Positions 27,901 to 37,267 of a DNA stretch of 64,000 nucleotides are shown here, one piece after another; positions within the stretch are counted from its first letter, which is position 1, and each line of letters begins with the position of its first letter. The position numbers and the translations under genes were made by a program. The notes under the pieces are model-generated. The model had not been told where the DNA came from, did not search any database, and saw only the letters and a list, made by a program, of their open reading frames with translations. Source of the DNA: Octopus bimaculoides (Eukaryota); assembly GCF_001194135.2 (NCBI RefSeq), contig NC_069005.1, positions 19,851,887 to 19,915,886 of the forward strand. The letters are read 5' to 3'.

Positions 27901-30900
27901 TGGAAGATGGTGAAGATCATGTGACTTCATCAAATATCTCCATCAATTTAGATCATCCTCTCATAGGAATGGAAAAACAGTCAATAAATGTTAAAGAAAG
28001 TGACCAAGAAACACAACACAAATCTGAGACCATTCTCGTCCTTCCTGATACAAAAGCACCACAACAGAATGAAGTCGGTGAACCTGTCACTGTAGACAGT
28101 TTGAAATCCTCAACTGTTGTCTTGTCTTCAGTAAACACAGAACATTCCTTATCTTCTGAAAATCTCCTCATTGATTCCTTAACATACGAGAACAATAAGG
28201 AACAAACTGAGAATTTAGAGGTAACACCTGAAGAAGCCAGTAGTACAGAAGTTGTACCAATGTCACAAGACCTGCCAGTGTTACAAGATGTGCCAGTGAT
28301 ACAAGATGCCAAGGTTTCTTCAGCACAAATTGAATTAGGCCAATCAGAAGAAAACATCGAAGAAATAGCTAATGTGTCTGTGACATTATCTCTGGGTGAA
28401 AATTCTGATTTAAAGAAACCAGAAGAGTCAGTGCTTAAACCAGAAGAGTCAGTGCTTAAACCAGAAGAGTCAGTGCTTAAACCAGAAGAGTCAGTGCTTA
28501 AACCAGAACAGTCACTGGTTAAACCAGAAGAATCACTGGTTATACCAGAAGAGTCACTGATTAAGACTGAAGAGTCACTGGTTAAACCAGAAGAGTCACT
28601 GACTAAGCCTGAAGAGTCACTGGTTAAACCAGAAGAATCACTGGTTAAACCAGAAGAGTCACTGACTAAGCCTGAAGAGTCACTGGTTAAACCAGAAGAA
28701 TCACTGGTTAAGCCAGAAGAGTCACTGACTAAGCCTGAAGAGTCACTGGTTAAACCAGAAGAGTCACTGGTTAAGCCAGAAGAGTTGCTGGTTAAGCCAG
28801 AAGAGTCACTGGTTAAGCCAGAAGAGTCACTGGCTAAACCAGGAGAGTCACTGGCTAAATCAGAAGAATTACTGACAAAGCCTGAAGAGTCACTGGCTAA
28901 ACCAGATGAAAAAGACGAAGAAAAGGAATCTTTGGATGTGAAACAAATTTCTTGTGAGCAAGAAGACAATCAGATTGAGCATGACCAACTTGTCGAAGAG
29001 AAGGGTTTGAAGAAGAGTGAGGCAGAAGAAAGCAAACAAGAAACCTCTGATATCTCTGAGATAATGGTTACGTTTGATGACTTGCAGAAGGAATTGAGAT
29101 TAATGGAATCTTCTTTGGAAGAAAACTCTGCAAAAGGTCCAACAATAGAGAGTATGCTTCAGGAGGCATTGGTAAAGACGTATTCAGTTGATGTTCTGTC
29201 ACAGTTGAATCAATCTGATGAGGATAGCTTGGAACCAGGGATAATCTGTGGTCAGTGGATTAAGAAGGGGACGACAGTTAAATCTGAAAGTTCAGTGGTG
29301 AAAGAGGAATTCAAGCATGAAACTCAAGTCAAAGATTTTGGGGAGGAATTGGTAAATGCTGGAGACCTGACAGGTTCTGTTTCAGAGCAATTAGACAGTG
29401 GTGAAGGTGAGTTGAAAACTGAAAATCTTGGTTTTGCAGAGCATGAAGAATTTGATAATGTTCAGAAAATCCCTAGTGAATATTTATTCATAGAAAATGA
29501 AATCTATGACAATGTTCCAAGTATAACAGATGGTTCCATCCCATTTGTATCTGCTGAATCAAAATCATCCGAGGCATTGCTAAAGAAGGAGGAAGAAGAA
29601 CACGCAGAAAATCTGGCAGAACAAATGATTCCCAGTAACATAATGTCTATGGAGACTGTAACATCTTCGAGAACATCATTTGTCTTGGAGGAAACATCTA
29701 TTCCAGCTGCATTAAAATTGGAGGCATCCATTTCAGGGCCAACCGATTTGGAAACCTCTGCTCAGGCAACAGCAGAACTTGAACCAACATATACCTTGAC
29801 ACCGTTAGAGCAAGACAGTTGTATTGTGGAACCAGCTCCAGTGGTAACTCGTACAGAGATGGAGCCACCTACAGAGGTGTCAACAGGGCTGGAATCATAC
29901 ATAGAGCCATCAGCAGACATGGAATCGCATATAGAAACATCAGTAGACCTGGAGTCATGTAGAGAAATATCAGTAGATTTTGATTCACCTACAGTAGAAT
30001 TATCAGAAAAACAGCAAGCACCTATTGATGCATCAGCAGAGCTGGAGAGGCTTAGGATGGCACTGGCACAAATGGAGCCATCAAGTGTGATACCTCCACA
30101 GCAGGAGCCATCGTCTGAGGCACAATCACAACTGGAGGCTCTTAGAATGGCACTGGCACAAATGGAACCATCAAGCACAACACCTCCGCAACTGGAGTCA
30201 CCAAGTGCAATACCTCCACAACTGGAGCCGTCATCTGAGGCACAATCACAATTGGAGGCTCTAAGATTGGCACTGGCACAAATGGAGCCAGTAAATGCAA
30301 CACCTCCACAACCAGAGCCATCAAATGTCACACTTCCACAGTTGGTACCATCAGCCATGGCACAGTCACAACTGGAGAAACTTAGTATGGCACTGTCACA
30401 AATGGAATCATCACCTGCAGCACTCCCACGACTGGAGCCATCGGCTGTGGCACAGTCACAGTTGGAGAAACTTAGTGTGGCACTGTCACAAATGGGATCA
30501 TCAACAGTGGCATCTTCACAGCTGGAGCCAACAACAGTGGCATTATCTGAATTGGAATCATCCATTGAGGCTGTACCAACGGAGTTGCAGCTGTGTGCCA
30601 TGCAGGTAACAGAGGTGGAGTCATCTAGCATAGGAACAGTGGGAGTGTTCACTTTAAAAGAGCAACAGCAGATTCCTGAAATGGAAAAATCTATTCCATT
30701 AACTGATGAGGTTGTTACTGAAGCTGCACTTTTGGTTGATACCTCAAACAGTGAACTGTTTGAGATTCCTGTTGAAATCCATGCTGAAGTGTCTGTTGCT
30801 GATGTGCAATTGGTGCCAGATTTGGAACTGACCGAGGCACAACCCTTCTCAGCAACTCCCCTTTTTAAATTGCCTCAGGAATCCACTGACAATGATGCAT

Positions 30901-33900
30901 TGTCCAGCTCTGAAGTAACAGTAACAAATCAAGCTGTTCTGGAAGAACGTCTCACCCCTTGTTATCCTGAAACACTTGATGTGCAGAATGTTGCAGAACA
31001 GTTGGTGCCAGAAGTGGAAACGCATCAGGCAGAGAAGTTTCCATTGTTTACAATAGAAACTGCACAGCCTTCATTTGAACTTGCAGACTTTGTGGCACCA
31101 TCTGAAATATTAATAGGTGAAGCTGAGTCAGAGACACAGGAAGTGTCAAAGGTACGAGAGGAGCCTGAAGTATCTAACTTGGCAGCACAGAAAGGGGCTG
31201 CAAATGATGTTAGCTTTGAGACTAAAGTTGTGACAAATGAAAGTAATTATTTAGAAAGAATTGATATAATCAGTCGAGATCTTCACAATTTAATGCCAGT
31301 TAGCAAAGTTGACGTTGCCGAAGAATCAAATGGCAATCTCTCTGATAGTTCTGATGAGATATTTCAAGACACACTTTGCGACAATTCTCCTATGTTTCGC
31401 CGAAAATACACGGAAATTGTTCGTGCAGAAATTGGAACCAGAATGGAAACACTTCATACTTATCAGAGAGACTTATTGTTGGAAATTGAGGAAGATGATG
31501 ATGATGATGAAGAATTTGTTGAAGCTGAAGGAGAGGCTATGTGCTGGGACTCTTTTAAAGAGTCTTGGAATATCCAGGGAACTTTGGAAACTCAAACAAC
31601 TGTAGAGAAGTGTGTTGATGATGATGATGATCGATCTCTTCCAACCATTTATGAAGCAACTGAAGACCGAACGGAAGCTGTTGTTAGCAAGACTGTTGAA
31701 GTCTTTGAGGGATTGGAATCAGCTGCTAATCAGTGTGTTGAGAACCTTGAGAAAACCTCCAAAGAATTGGCTCTGGCAGAAGCTGATGAAATATCCATCT
31801 ATTATGGGGCTGAAATGACTGATTCTGCTGAGTGTAAGGAAGAACACGATGTCCTTGACAATGCTGTCTTGGTAGAAGATGATAAAGAACTTGTTGAAGC
31901 ACTTCCTAGCTGTGAAGAACTAGAAGATGGATCAAAGACAGTTCAGCCAAGTGAAATGAAACGATCTGAAGCAATTACTGACTTTGGTGAAACATCTGAG
32001 AAAGAAACATTTACAGTGAAAGAGTCTGAAGAATTTTCTGGTGAGCTATCATCTGAAACCCCTCTCATGAAATCTGATGAGAGTTTTGGAAATCTAGTGC
32101 AATACTTGGAGTCAGATAGCCTCAATGATCTTGAGGAATTTGAGCGTATTGAATTGGCATGTGAAGAACTTTCTAAGAACAAGCTAGTAGATCTCCAAGA
32201 CAAGCCAAACAAAGATGAATGTGTTGAGAAGACTGAAAAACCTCACAAAGCTAATGGTTTAGAGGAATCTTCAGACTTAGACATTATGAAGAGCCAGCAG
32301 ATAATTTTAACCAAGGAATTAGAAGTAGATGAGAGTGATGAATCTGCTGATTTAATGGTTGATACCAGTGATGCAGTTAACAGAGCGAAGACCAAAGTCA
32401 GTGAGCAAAGTTCTGTGTCTCTTCTTCAGAATAGTGAGGAAATTGAAGTGGAAGATCAGATTGAATATTATGATTATATGAGATTAAGGAGCTGTGAAGA
32501 AGAACAAGTTTATGTTGCTCTTCACAGTGAGGGTGGATTATCTGAAAATGGTGAGATTAAAAACGAGGGTGGAAAAGTGGAACATAGAAGAGAAGTTGCT
32601 CAGAAAATATCTGTTGTTACTTCTGATCAAAATGTAGAAATAACTGCATCTACTGTAGCAGATGATGCATTGCTTGCAGATTATGGCAGTGAAGATGTCT
32701 CTGAGAATATTACCAGAAGTGTTTGTATTGACAATGTTGATGTGGTGAAGGACATCACAATGGAGTCTTATTCCAAAGATAGTGAAAACGGTGAGGTACT
32801 GAAAATCGATGCCTTGAACTCCACCAATCTTTCTATTAATGCTAACGAAATATCTATCACTACAACTACAGAAGCGAATTCTATTGAAGAATCCATCAGA
32901 GCAGAAAATGGCTTGTCTGAAAAAACAGGTTTTGTTACATCAGAAGAAAATTCCACAGAGATGGAACTGCTGGAAATCTCTCCCAAACAAGAAACATCTT
33001 TGTTGGGCGACAACAGCAGCAATTTAAGTGGTGAAACTGTGAAAGATAACCAATGTGATGTGGTGGTTGACATCAGTGTCATTACCAGTGAAGTTAAAGG
33101 AGAACAGAAGGTCCCGTGTTCCGTTGATTTGTCTGGTGCTGAAACACAAACCCAGGAGACCAATGAAAATATGGTTATGGAATTGCCAGAAATTGATGCT
33201 GACTTGAATGTCAGTTCTGAACATTCTTCACCAGAAAGCAGTTCTACCTTTTCAATTTCCCAAACCTCTTCCTCTAATTCATGTCCTTTTGCATCAGATA
33301 TTTCACTGAACAGATTGCAACCTGCTGACAAAGAATTCCAACAAGACCAGCTTGAAGATTTAAAAGACAGCACTTCAGAATTGTCTCAAATCCAAGAGAA
33401 TAGTGAGATAACAGCCGTTGTCACCACAAAGAAGAAAAGGAGAAGGAAGGCGAAGAAAAACAAAAACAACAAAGATAAGCCTGGAACTCTTCCCTTGGAA
33501 GACCAGGAAGTTTGGGAAAATGATGATGTCATTGGGCAGGATGAAATGACTGAGGAATATTCTGGAGAGTGTCTCTTGGTTGAAGACTCTGTTGAAGAGT
33601 TGTCTGTACAGAAGGTTTGTTCTTCCCAGTCTAGTGCAGAAGTTCATTCCACAGTTGCTACAGCTGGGGCTGAATTTACTGAATCATTGACTTTAGAAAG
33701 TGATGAGTCAGTGGAACATTCTAGACATTCGTCAGTTGAGAACTCTGTGACTTTTTCACACTCTGATATTGTGAAAGTCATTTCAAAGAATGAAGAAGAA
33801 ATAACAGAAGAAAATACTTCACAAGAACAACATCAAGCCAATCAGGATAAGGCAACTGAAACAACTTTACAACAAGTAGCTAATCAAAATGACACAACTT

Positions 33901-35984
33901 TACAAAATCTAGCAAATCATGAACAAACAGCAGAAACAACTTCACAGCAACTAACTGAAATTACCAGTCATGATACAATAACAGAAGTAACTTTACTGCA
34001 ACAATCCAGTCAGGATGAAACATCACAACAGCTGACCAATCAGGATGAGGTGACAGAAATGGCTACACAAAAACTAGCCAGTCACACCGTAACAGAAACA
34101 ATTTCACAAGAACTGACCAATCATGAGTTAACAACCTCAGAGCAATTGGCCAATCATAATGAAGTGGCAGAAACTGATTCACAGCAATTACAGCAGCTAA
34201 CCAATCATGATGAAACAATGAAAACAGTTTCCTTAGACTCTGTGGCTGTTTTAAGAGATCAAGACATTTCTCAGACAGAGTCATCAAGCACTGTAGTTGA
34301 AGGGAAGAAGCAGAAAACTGTGACTTTTGGTCCAACTGAAACCGTTCAAAACATTGATAGTCGTTCTCTTCAAGAAGGCAATGAAGAAGCAACTGAGGGT
34401 GAATTATCTTCTAAGCTAGACACATCCCACTGTTTCACAATATATTTCCATGAAAATTCTACAGATAGACCAAAGTCAAAACTTCCTTCATTGTCTGGCA
34501 GTCGAGGGCAAAACTCTTTGCAACCACTTGCAGAAGAATCTAAACAAATTCAAAACAGAATTGAAATTAATAACAAATTAAATTCACGTTTTCCTTCCAA
34601 GATTCCTCGTCCATTTGGTAAAACCAATGCTTCTTTGACACAGTCATCATCTTCCAGCTTTTCTGATTCTTACATAAAAAAATCAAATTTCCTCTCTGAT
34701 TTACCAGATTCTTCAATTGATGATTATTTCCCTCGTAGAGAGAAATCCAAAGTGAACAGTGCTGATGTGATTAAACTAGAAATGCCACCACCATCATCAC
34801 ATTTCACCATTTCAAATCAAACGGAATCCAGTGTGGGCCCTCCACCTGTTCCACCACCTTTTAGGATGCTTTATGATGAGAGTGAGCCACCACCGATACC
34901 CTCGAGGGAAAATAGAAGTTTGGAAACTGAACCTGAAAATCTTCCAACCAATTCTATTGATACCACAGTGCCACATGGTGGCCAAGATGGTGTCACTTTG
35001 GTCAAAGAGGAACAGCAGCAAGATAACACTGCTAACAATAGTGGTAACTCAGACAACAGTGTTCAGTCTTCAAATAAATCTTCACTCTACCAGCAGAAAC
35101 GATTTAGGGACTTAAAGCATTTCTCAAGGATCAGTAATTTGACCTACAATGAGGTCTTAGAACTTGAAGAGCATGAGAAAGTAGAATATCTGAAAGATTC
35201 TAGCACTGAGCAGCGCATGCAGGATTTACGGGATTTCAGCCAATTGTGTTCAACAGAATCTGTTTTCTCCCGAAAATCTGGCAGTTCTGATTCAGGAATT
35301 CAGACCAATTTACGAGAGTCCAAGCATTCCGGCATGTTGAGCTCCTCATTGTCACTCCAGGCTTCGAGGACACCAGGTTCAGGTTATCGTAAAACCAAAA
35401 GGCTCTCGGACTCTGCTGTCTGTGTTGATGGAACTGAAGAATTTGATCCGTCAATGTCCACACCTATCCGTCAAACTAATGGAGAGACTGAAAGATCCAA
35501 CACATTGCAGTCTGTGGGCAGACAAAGTCGAGAACCTATTGTTTATGGAAGGATCAACAAATCTAGAGAAATGGCTCGTAGCTGTTACAGCCTTGATTAC
35601 CATTTCAGATATGGTTCAAAAGGAACTTCAGATTTGGCCACCACTGCAGACAGGTCTTCTTTTCATGGAGGCAGCCGAAATGATTCTGAAACTAACTTAA
35701 CAGTTCAACGGTTACAGGATGCTGGTATGTGCACATCAAATTTTACACCTGTCACAAAGAACCTTGATGACAATCAGTCATTTATGTCCACGGTGTCATT
35801 CCTTAAGTCTAATGAAGACTCAAATCTATCAGTGAATGATACCGAGACCGAATCTATTTATGAGGACGTTTCTCTCTACTCAAGTTCAGAATGTGACACG
35901 GCGTCAGTAAAACGTGAGAAAAAATCTAAAAAGTTGAGTTCAAAGTTAAAGAAATTTGGTAGCAAATTGAAGTTTTGGAAATAA
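24969..35984 (+). CDS. Giant exon/ORF (at least 3,671 aa; acidic, Ser/Glu-rich, predicted disordered); probable alternative terminal exon of the paxillin gene or a nested single-exon gene
   Basis: Stop-free for 11,016 bp from the edge of the N gap to TAA at 35982-35984. No SINE or long dinucleotide microsatellite inside, unlike the flanking DNA. The 5' boundary is hidden in gap 24174-24968; first visible Met is at 25077. No folded domain recognised. The 24072 start in the ORF track is an artefact of reading through Ns. Confidence 0.85.
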   Translation, partial: PPPPPPLDLPPPPNLPRLSGPHPPTRSASLNVKTGQMSNNLNSSPFRQSGRARSSTKGSHTSSILRSGFLDTSDLEDCRTPEISELNFSVGQGTPVASESGSRSIQHHAPSVDSNRFALTSKPTSKIDEPIPVLLKCQTWCNKIPDAGDKKASVPEPKMSEELRNIESFESAMLDWFQTLTHANDTDDLKSETSVSSVGSRKSEYRLRSIISNRFQTSDQIENVLTDLLAVSDQYAQLTDSESIGSAALDPLKSRYRAFGHKPGSAYRSQMFRRTSGYRSGDMSETESDSERPAHPSSYKTVLSELQAVLRKRKVTLKTPSVESGLGSSENSMKATSETMSPPISRQSKASPPPAPPPKPQMAKVHEAKPDAVQTASKTQRRPLVNSGDFHVLLGELSTAWSKRLRRIRKAQMVSQRGVESSLYANFQGFRVPETLASETSSKYKNFEGVQTPAESIAEEDAEDLKNYESFEARKSKFMANSSSRQYESDQELSRPSFGRIRGPGMNNDMVRPSRVSVRKQAFQSPNEKQSRRKPDLETCSLHSFGVRPFPKMQNNVGTAVVSDNEFDDRNQSFRMHRSRHNPEQHRIWQNIEYIQVNSRQTPSRHGSEQSLSQLKTESQGRPRRRERTPQIVEQQSSQQPLQHSQSREDVSSSSLHHSRDISSKPKVDEKIPSREDSKEQPKHESSTVLTLSNSNQGPKVKAVSKKTDTKSEFHKRIEQISVDDFNRSADPEVRKFLVAGVTDVSKQLQSTISEATEKPAPPSMKLSSPVNQNIEPTKAPSTDHMNVGDEKEIILERLQKIGDNKFVSKEELPDLPMDIVKASAMIVKPLVTSNLNKLISGRKEEEKPKSLEKSEAVLNFSDTVVQEQTVLSEYEDNVILDGIEDRLVPEKKPDTSDGFDMDNSRILSEINVDQKLSLEEPNESESVISEAKVEITSTKTTAVTVLQSSVSEEHKASDAVLKSEGITEDQQATDGLVEDGEDHVTSSNISINLDHPLIGMEKQSINVKESDQETQHKSETILVLPDTKAPQQNEVGEPVTVDSLKSSTVVLSSVNTEHSLSSENLLIDSLTYENNKEQTENLEVTPEEASSTEVVPMSQDLPVLQDVPVIQDAKVSSAQIELGQSEENIEEIANVSVTLSLGENSDLKKPEESVLKPEESVLKPEESVLKPEESVLKPEQSLVKPEESLVIPEESLIKTEESLVKPEESLTKPEESLVKPEESLVKPEESLTKPEESLVKPEESLVKPEESLTKPEESLVKPEESLVKPEELLVKPEESLVKPEESLAKPGESLAKSEELLTKPEESLAKPDEKDEEKESLDVKQISCEQEDNQIEHDQLVEEKGLKKSEAEESKQETSDISEIMVTFDDLQKELRLMESSLEENSAKGPTIESMLQEALVKTYSVDVLSQLNQSDEDSLEPGIICGQWIKKGTTVKSESSVVKEEFKHETQVKDFGEELVNAGDLTGSVSEQLDSGEGELKTENLGFAEHEEFDNVQKIPSEYLFIENEIYDNVPSITDGSIPFVSAESKSSEALLKKEEEEHAENLAEQMIPSNIMSMETVTSSRTSFVLEETSIPAALKLEASISGPTDLETSAQATAELEPTYTLTPLEQDSCIVEPAPVVTRTEMEPPTEVSTGLESYIEPSADMESHIETSVDLESCREISVDFDSPTVELSEKQQAPIDASAELERLRMALAQMEPSSVIPPQQEPSSEAQSQLEALRMALAQMEPSSTTPPQLESPSAIPPQLEPSSEAQSQLEALRLALAQMEPVNATPPQPEPSNVTLPQLVPSAMAQSQLEKLSMALSQMESSPAALPRLEPSAVAQSQLEKLSVALSQMGSSTVASSQLEPTTVALSELESSIEAVPTELQLCAMQVTEVESSSIGTVGVFTLKEQQQIPEMEKSIPLTDEVVTEAALLVDTSNSELFEIPVEIHAEVSVADVQLVPDLELTEAQPFSATPLFKLPQESTDNDALSSSEVTVTNQAVLEERLTPCYPETLDVQNVAEQLVPEVETHQAEKFPLFTIETAQPSFELADFVAPSEILIGEAESETQEVSKVREEPEVSNLAAQKGAANDVSFETKVVTNESNYLERIDIISRDLHNLMPVSKVDVAEESNGNLSDSSDEIFQDTLCDNSPMFRRKYTEIVRAEIGTRMETLHTYQRDLLLEIEEDDDDDEEFVEAEGEAMCWDSFKESWNIQGTLETQTTVEKCVDDDDDRSLPTIYEATEDRTEAVVSKTVEVFEGLESAANQCVENLEKTSKELALAEADEISIYYGAEMTDSAECKEEHDVLDNAVLVEDDKELVEALPSCEELEDGSKTVQPSEMKRSEAITDFGETSEKETFTVKESEEFSGELSSETPLMKSDESFGNLVQYLESDSLNDLEEFERIELACEELSKNKLVDLQDKPNKDECVEKTEKPHKANGLEESSDLDIMKSQQIILTKELEVDESDESADLMVDTSDAVNRAKTKVSEQSSVSLLQNSEEIEVEDQIEYYDYMRLRSCEEEQVYVALHSEGGLSENGEIKNEGGKVEHRREVAQKISVVTSDQNVEITASTVADDALLADYGSEDVSENITRSVCIDNVDVVKDITMESYSKDSENGEVLKIDALNSTNLSINANEISITTTTEANSIEESIRAENGLSEKTGFVTSEENSTEMELLEISPKQETSLLGDNSSNLSGETVKDNQCDVVVDISVITSEVKGEQKVPCSVDLSGAETQTQETNENMVMELPEIDADLNVSSEHSSPESSSTFSISQTSSSNSCPFASDISLNRLQPADKEFQQDQLEDLKDSTSELSQIQENSEITAVVTTKKKRRRKAKKNKNNKDKPGTLPLEDQEVWENDDVIGQDEMTEEYSGECLLVEDSVEELSVQKVCSSQSSAEVHSTVATAGAEFTESLTLESDESVEHSRHSSVENSVTFSHSDIVKVISKNEEEITEENTSQEQHQANQDKATETTLQQVANQNDTTLQNLANHEQTAETTSQQLTEITSHDTITEVTLLQQSSQDETSQQLTNQDEVTEMATQKLASHTVTETISQELTNHELTTSEQLANHNEVAETDSQQLQQLTNHDETMKTVSLDSVAVLRDQDISQTESSSTVVEGKKQKTVTFGPTETVQNIDSRSLQEGNEEATEGELSSKLDTSHCFTIYFHENSTDRPKSKLPSLSGSRGQNSLQPLAEESKQIQNRIEINNKLNSRFPSKIPRPFGKTNASLTQSSSSSFSDSYIKKSNFLSDLPDSSIDDYFPRREKSKVNSADVIKLEMPPPSSHFTISNQTESSVGPPPVPPPFRMLYDESEPPPIPSRENRSLETEPENLPTNSIDTTVPHGGQDGVTLVKEEQQQDNTANNSGNSDNSVQSSNKSSLYQQKRFRDLKHFSRISNLTYNEVLELEEHEKVEYLKDSSTEQRMQDLRDFSQLCSTESVFSRKSGSSDSGIQTNLRESKHSGMLSSSLSLQASRTPGSGYRKTKRLSDSAVCVDGTEEFDPSMSTPIRQTNGETERSNTLQSVGRQSREPIVYGRINKSREMARSCYSLDYHFRYGSKGTSDLATTADRSSFHGGSRNDSETNLTVQRLQDAGMCTSNFTPVTKNLDDNQSFMSTVSFLKSNEDSNLSVNDTETESIYEDVSLYSSSECDTASVKREKKSKKLSSKLKKFGSKLKFWK
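28416..28898 (+). repeat. Coding 21-bp tandem repeat, 23 x KPEES(V/L)(L/V/T/A)
   Basis: 23 heptad units counted in the translation, e.g. aaaccagaagagtcagtgctt. Confidence 0.95.
29740..30570 (+). repeat. Coding degenerate 30-bp (10-aa) repeat array ending Q(L/M)E, containing five (E/Q)LExLxxAL(A/S)QM helices
   Basis: Units such as PSSEAQSQLE / ALRMALAQME / PSSTTPPQLE / SPSAIPPQLE. Confidence 0.85.
33826..34225 (+). repeat. Coding degenerate Gln/Thr-rich repeat (ETxSQQL(A/T)N(H/Q)(D/E))
   Basis: Repeated LANHE, LTNQD, LTNHE, LANHN and LTNHD motifs in the translation. Confidence 0.7.
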
Positions 35985-36006
35985 TTGATGAAGCAGGACG
36001 AACGAA

Positions 36007-36096
36007 AATAAATCTGAAGAATGAAATTTTGAAGCACAAAACAAAGAATAAACAAAACAAACAAACAAAGAAAATATTGTACTAAATTATAATAAA
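36007..36096 (+). terminator. Cluster of polyadenylation signals after the giant ORF
   Basis: AATAAA at 36007, 36047 and 36091, within about 110 nt of the stop codon. The region is A-rich, so chance matches are possible. Confidence 0.4.
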
Positions 36097-36850
36097 AATA
36101 ATAATTCTTTTAATGAATTAAAAGCACTGGTTTTCCATGGAGCTGAGTTCTAAACTGATAAGAAAAAAACAAAACAAAATGGAAGTGAGGTGAAAAAAGA
36201 GAAATTCTTGATTCATTGTAGCTTTTACATATACTTACCATTTTTAAACATGAATCATATGTGAAGGTTTCTTTTTTTTTGGTTTCTTGATGAAAATGTT
36301 GCTTTTGTGGCAGAAATATTTGGGCAATCTTCATAGTTGATTTTTGATAGATAATGTTTAATTTTAAAATTCACATTTCCAACTCCTGTTTAAAAGCAAA
36401 AGCAACAACAGCNNNNNNNNNNNNNNNNNNNNNNNNNNNNNNNNNNNNNNNNNNNNNNNNNNNNNNNNNNNNNNNNNNNNNNNNNNNNNNNNNNNNNNNN
36501 NNNNNNNNNNNNNNNNNNNNNNNNNNNNNNNNNNNNNNNNNNNNNNNNNNNNNNNNNNNNNNNNNNNNNNNNNNNNNNNNNNNNNNNNNNNNNNNNNNNN
36601 NNNNNNNNNNNNNNNNNNNNNNNNNNNNNNNNNNNNNNNNNTGCTATGACACACCCTTGTATAGGTCTGTTGTGCTGTGAATTTATTCCAAGTATTTCGG
36701 TTTAAAGCTAAATAAAGGGGCTGTTTGAATTGAAGCATGTGTAAATTTAATCTTTACACACAAACACACACATGAAAACAAAAAAGAAAAGGAAAATACC
36801 TTGGCACCTTTGATATGAAATATACATACACGAATACATGTGTATGTGTG

Positions 36851-36897
<47 letters not shown>

Positions 36898-37192
36898 GTA
36901 TACACACACACACACATGTGTATGTGTGTATATGTGTCAATAAGTATCTGTAGAATCAAGTCTGTTGGAAGCAAAAGATAAGAGGGATGATGACTGAGTT
37001 ATCCCTTCACTGATGAACGGTTACTGCATGTAAGGGTGGATAGATTGCTAGCTGTGTGGGGTGGATGGGTGATTGTATAAAGATGATTACTGTTTGCATG
37101 TGTATGTGTATATGCTGGCTGTCTTGAGCAAATTCCTTCTTACTTAGTTGACAAGTTGATAGCGAGCACAGGCCCTAAAAATTACAGCGAAA

Positions 37193-37267
<75 letters not shown>

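Noticed and set aside
27320-33373. Long antisense ORFs (338, 296, 201 and 148 aa)
   Set aside because: Shadows of the repetitive, codon-biased giant sense ORF.
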